The translations under genes were made by a program, and so were the position numbers. This document shows positions 63,655-64,000 of a stretch of DNA of 64,000 nucleotides, one piece after another; within the stretch, counting starts at the first letter, position 1; each line of letters begins with the position of its first letter. The stretch covers positions 19,842-83,841 of the forward strand of contig CAYNEI010000005.1 in assembly GCA_964396185.1 (NCBI GenBank), read 5' to 3'. Source of the stretch: an uncultured Thermoplasmatales archaeon (GTDB lineage: Archaea; Thermoplasmatota; SW-10-69-26). The notes under the pieces are model-generated. The model saw nothing but the letters and a program-made list of their open reading frames with translations. It was not told the origin of the DNA and did no database searches.

Positions 63655-64000
63655 ATGGCCAACATCCTCTTCTTCCACTACCGGGCCGCCCGCCACGGGA
63701 GAGCGATCCTCCAGGCGCTCAAGGACGCGGGGCACAAGGTCGTGGACGCCGTGCCCGAGTACCCGGATTTCCAGCCCTCCCTGGAGCTTGCCCAACCCGA
63801 CGTGGTCGTGGTCGAGGGCAGCCAGAACGCGAACCGGGGCCTCGAGGCTGCCGACTTCGTGGTGGGCAAACCCGCCTACAAGGACGCCCTCGTTCTGCTG
63901 GTGAACTGGCCCGAGGGTCTGGTCAGGATGGCCGAGATGAAGCTCCCTCAAGCACGCCTGGTCGCCGCAGACGAGGTGGTCCCGGCTGTCGAGGCACGAG
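63655..64000 (+). CDS. hypothetical protein, N-terminal part (receiver-domain-like flavodoxin fold?); gene continues beyond the window end
   Basis: MANILFFHYRAARHGRAILQALKDAGHKVVDAV...PDVVVVEG. Open to the end of the window. Confidence 0.45.
   Translation, partial: MANILFFHYRAARHGRAILQALKDAGHKVVDAVPEYPDFQPSLELAQPDVVVVEGSQNANRGLEAADFVVGKPAYKDALVLLVNWPEGLVRMAEMKLPQARLVAADEVVPAVEAR

Overview
This 64-kb window is a high-GC (about 65%) chromosomal segment from an archaeon, most likely a euryarchaeon (split rpoB, SmAP, S8e, SRP19, L30e, KH-type NusA, aIF5B, archaeal thiolase/DUF35 pairs). Genes are tightly packed on both strands, and there is no CRISPR array, transposase or integrase.

Main content, in order:
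- two ABC-2 exporter pairs;
- a five-gene MoxR/DUF58 operon ending in a 1050-aa multi-Ig surface protein with a DUF4129-like tail;
- tRNA-Leu(CAA), followed by a perfect 19-bp inverted copy of its own 3' end;
- trkA and trkH;
- an information-processing island: Sm, S8e, SRP19, then rpoH, rpoB'', rpoB', rpoA', rpoA'', L30e and NusA, with tRNA-Lys(UUU) upstream of rpoH;
- scattered pieces of a biotin-dependent propionyl/acetyl-CoA carboxylase route: accC plus BCCP at the 5' end, carboxyltransferase and birA near 47-50 kb, and the methylmalonyl-CoA mutase catalytic subunit at 19 kb;
- a 1230-aa PKD-repeat surface protein;
- an aquaporin and an MFS transporter;
- a thioredoxin next to a rhodanese-TauE fusion;
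- a coxB (with a fused cupredoxin domain), coxA, coxC aerobic terminal oxidase cluster;
- a divergent pair at the 3' end: a secreted VIT-VWA protein and a membrane-spanning ArsR-type HTH protein with a large ectodomain, with two matching palindromes in the shared promoter region.

The strongest candidates for undescribed biology are:
- a 3-copy, 101-bp-period array of 62-bp hairpin repeats (54215-54479) that overlaps the 3' end of a zinc-ribbon membrane gene;
- the membrane-bound ArsR regulator with its putative operators and divergent VIT-VWA partner;
- the MoxR/DUF58 operon with the giant surface protein;
- RpoA'' carrying an approximately 200-aa tandem HhH N-terminal extension and an acidic tail;
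- the inverted duplication of the tRNA-Leu 3' end.

Coordinates are taken from the supplied ORF track where possible. Features I positioned by manual indexing may be off by 1-2 nt.
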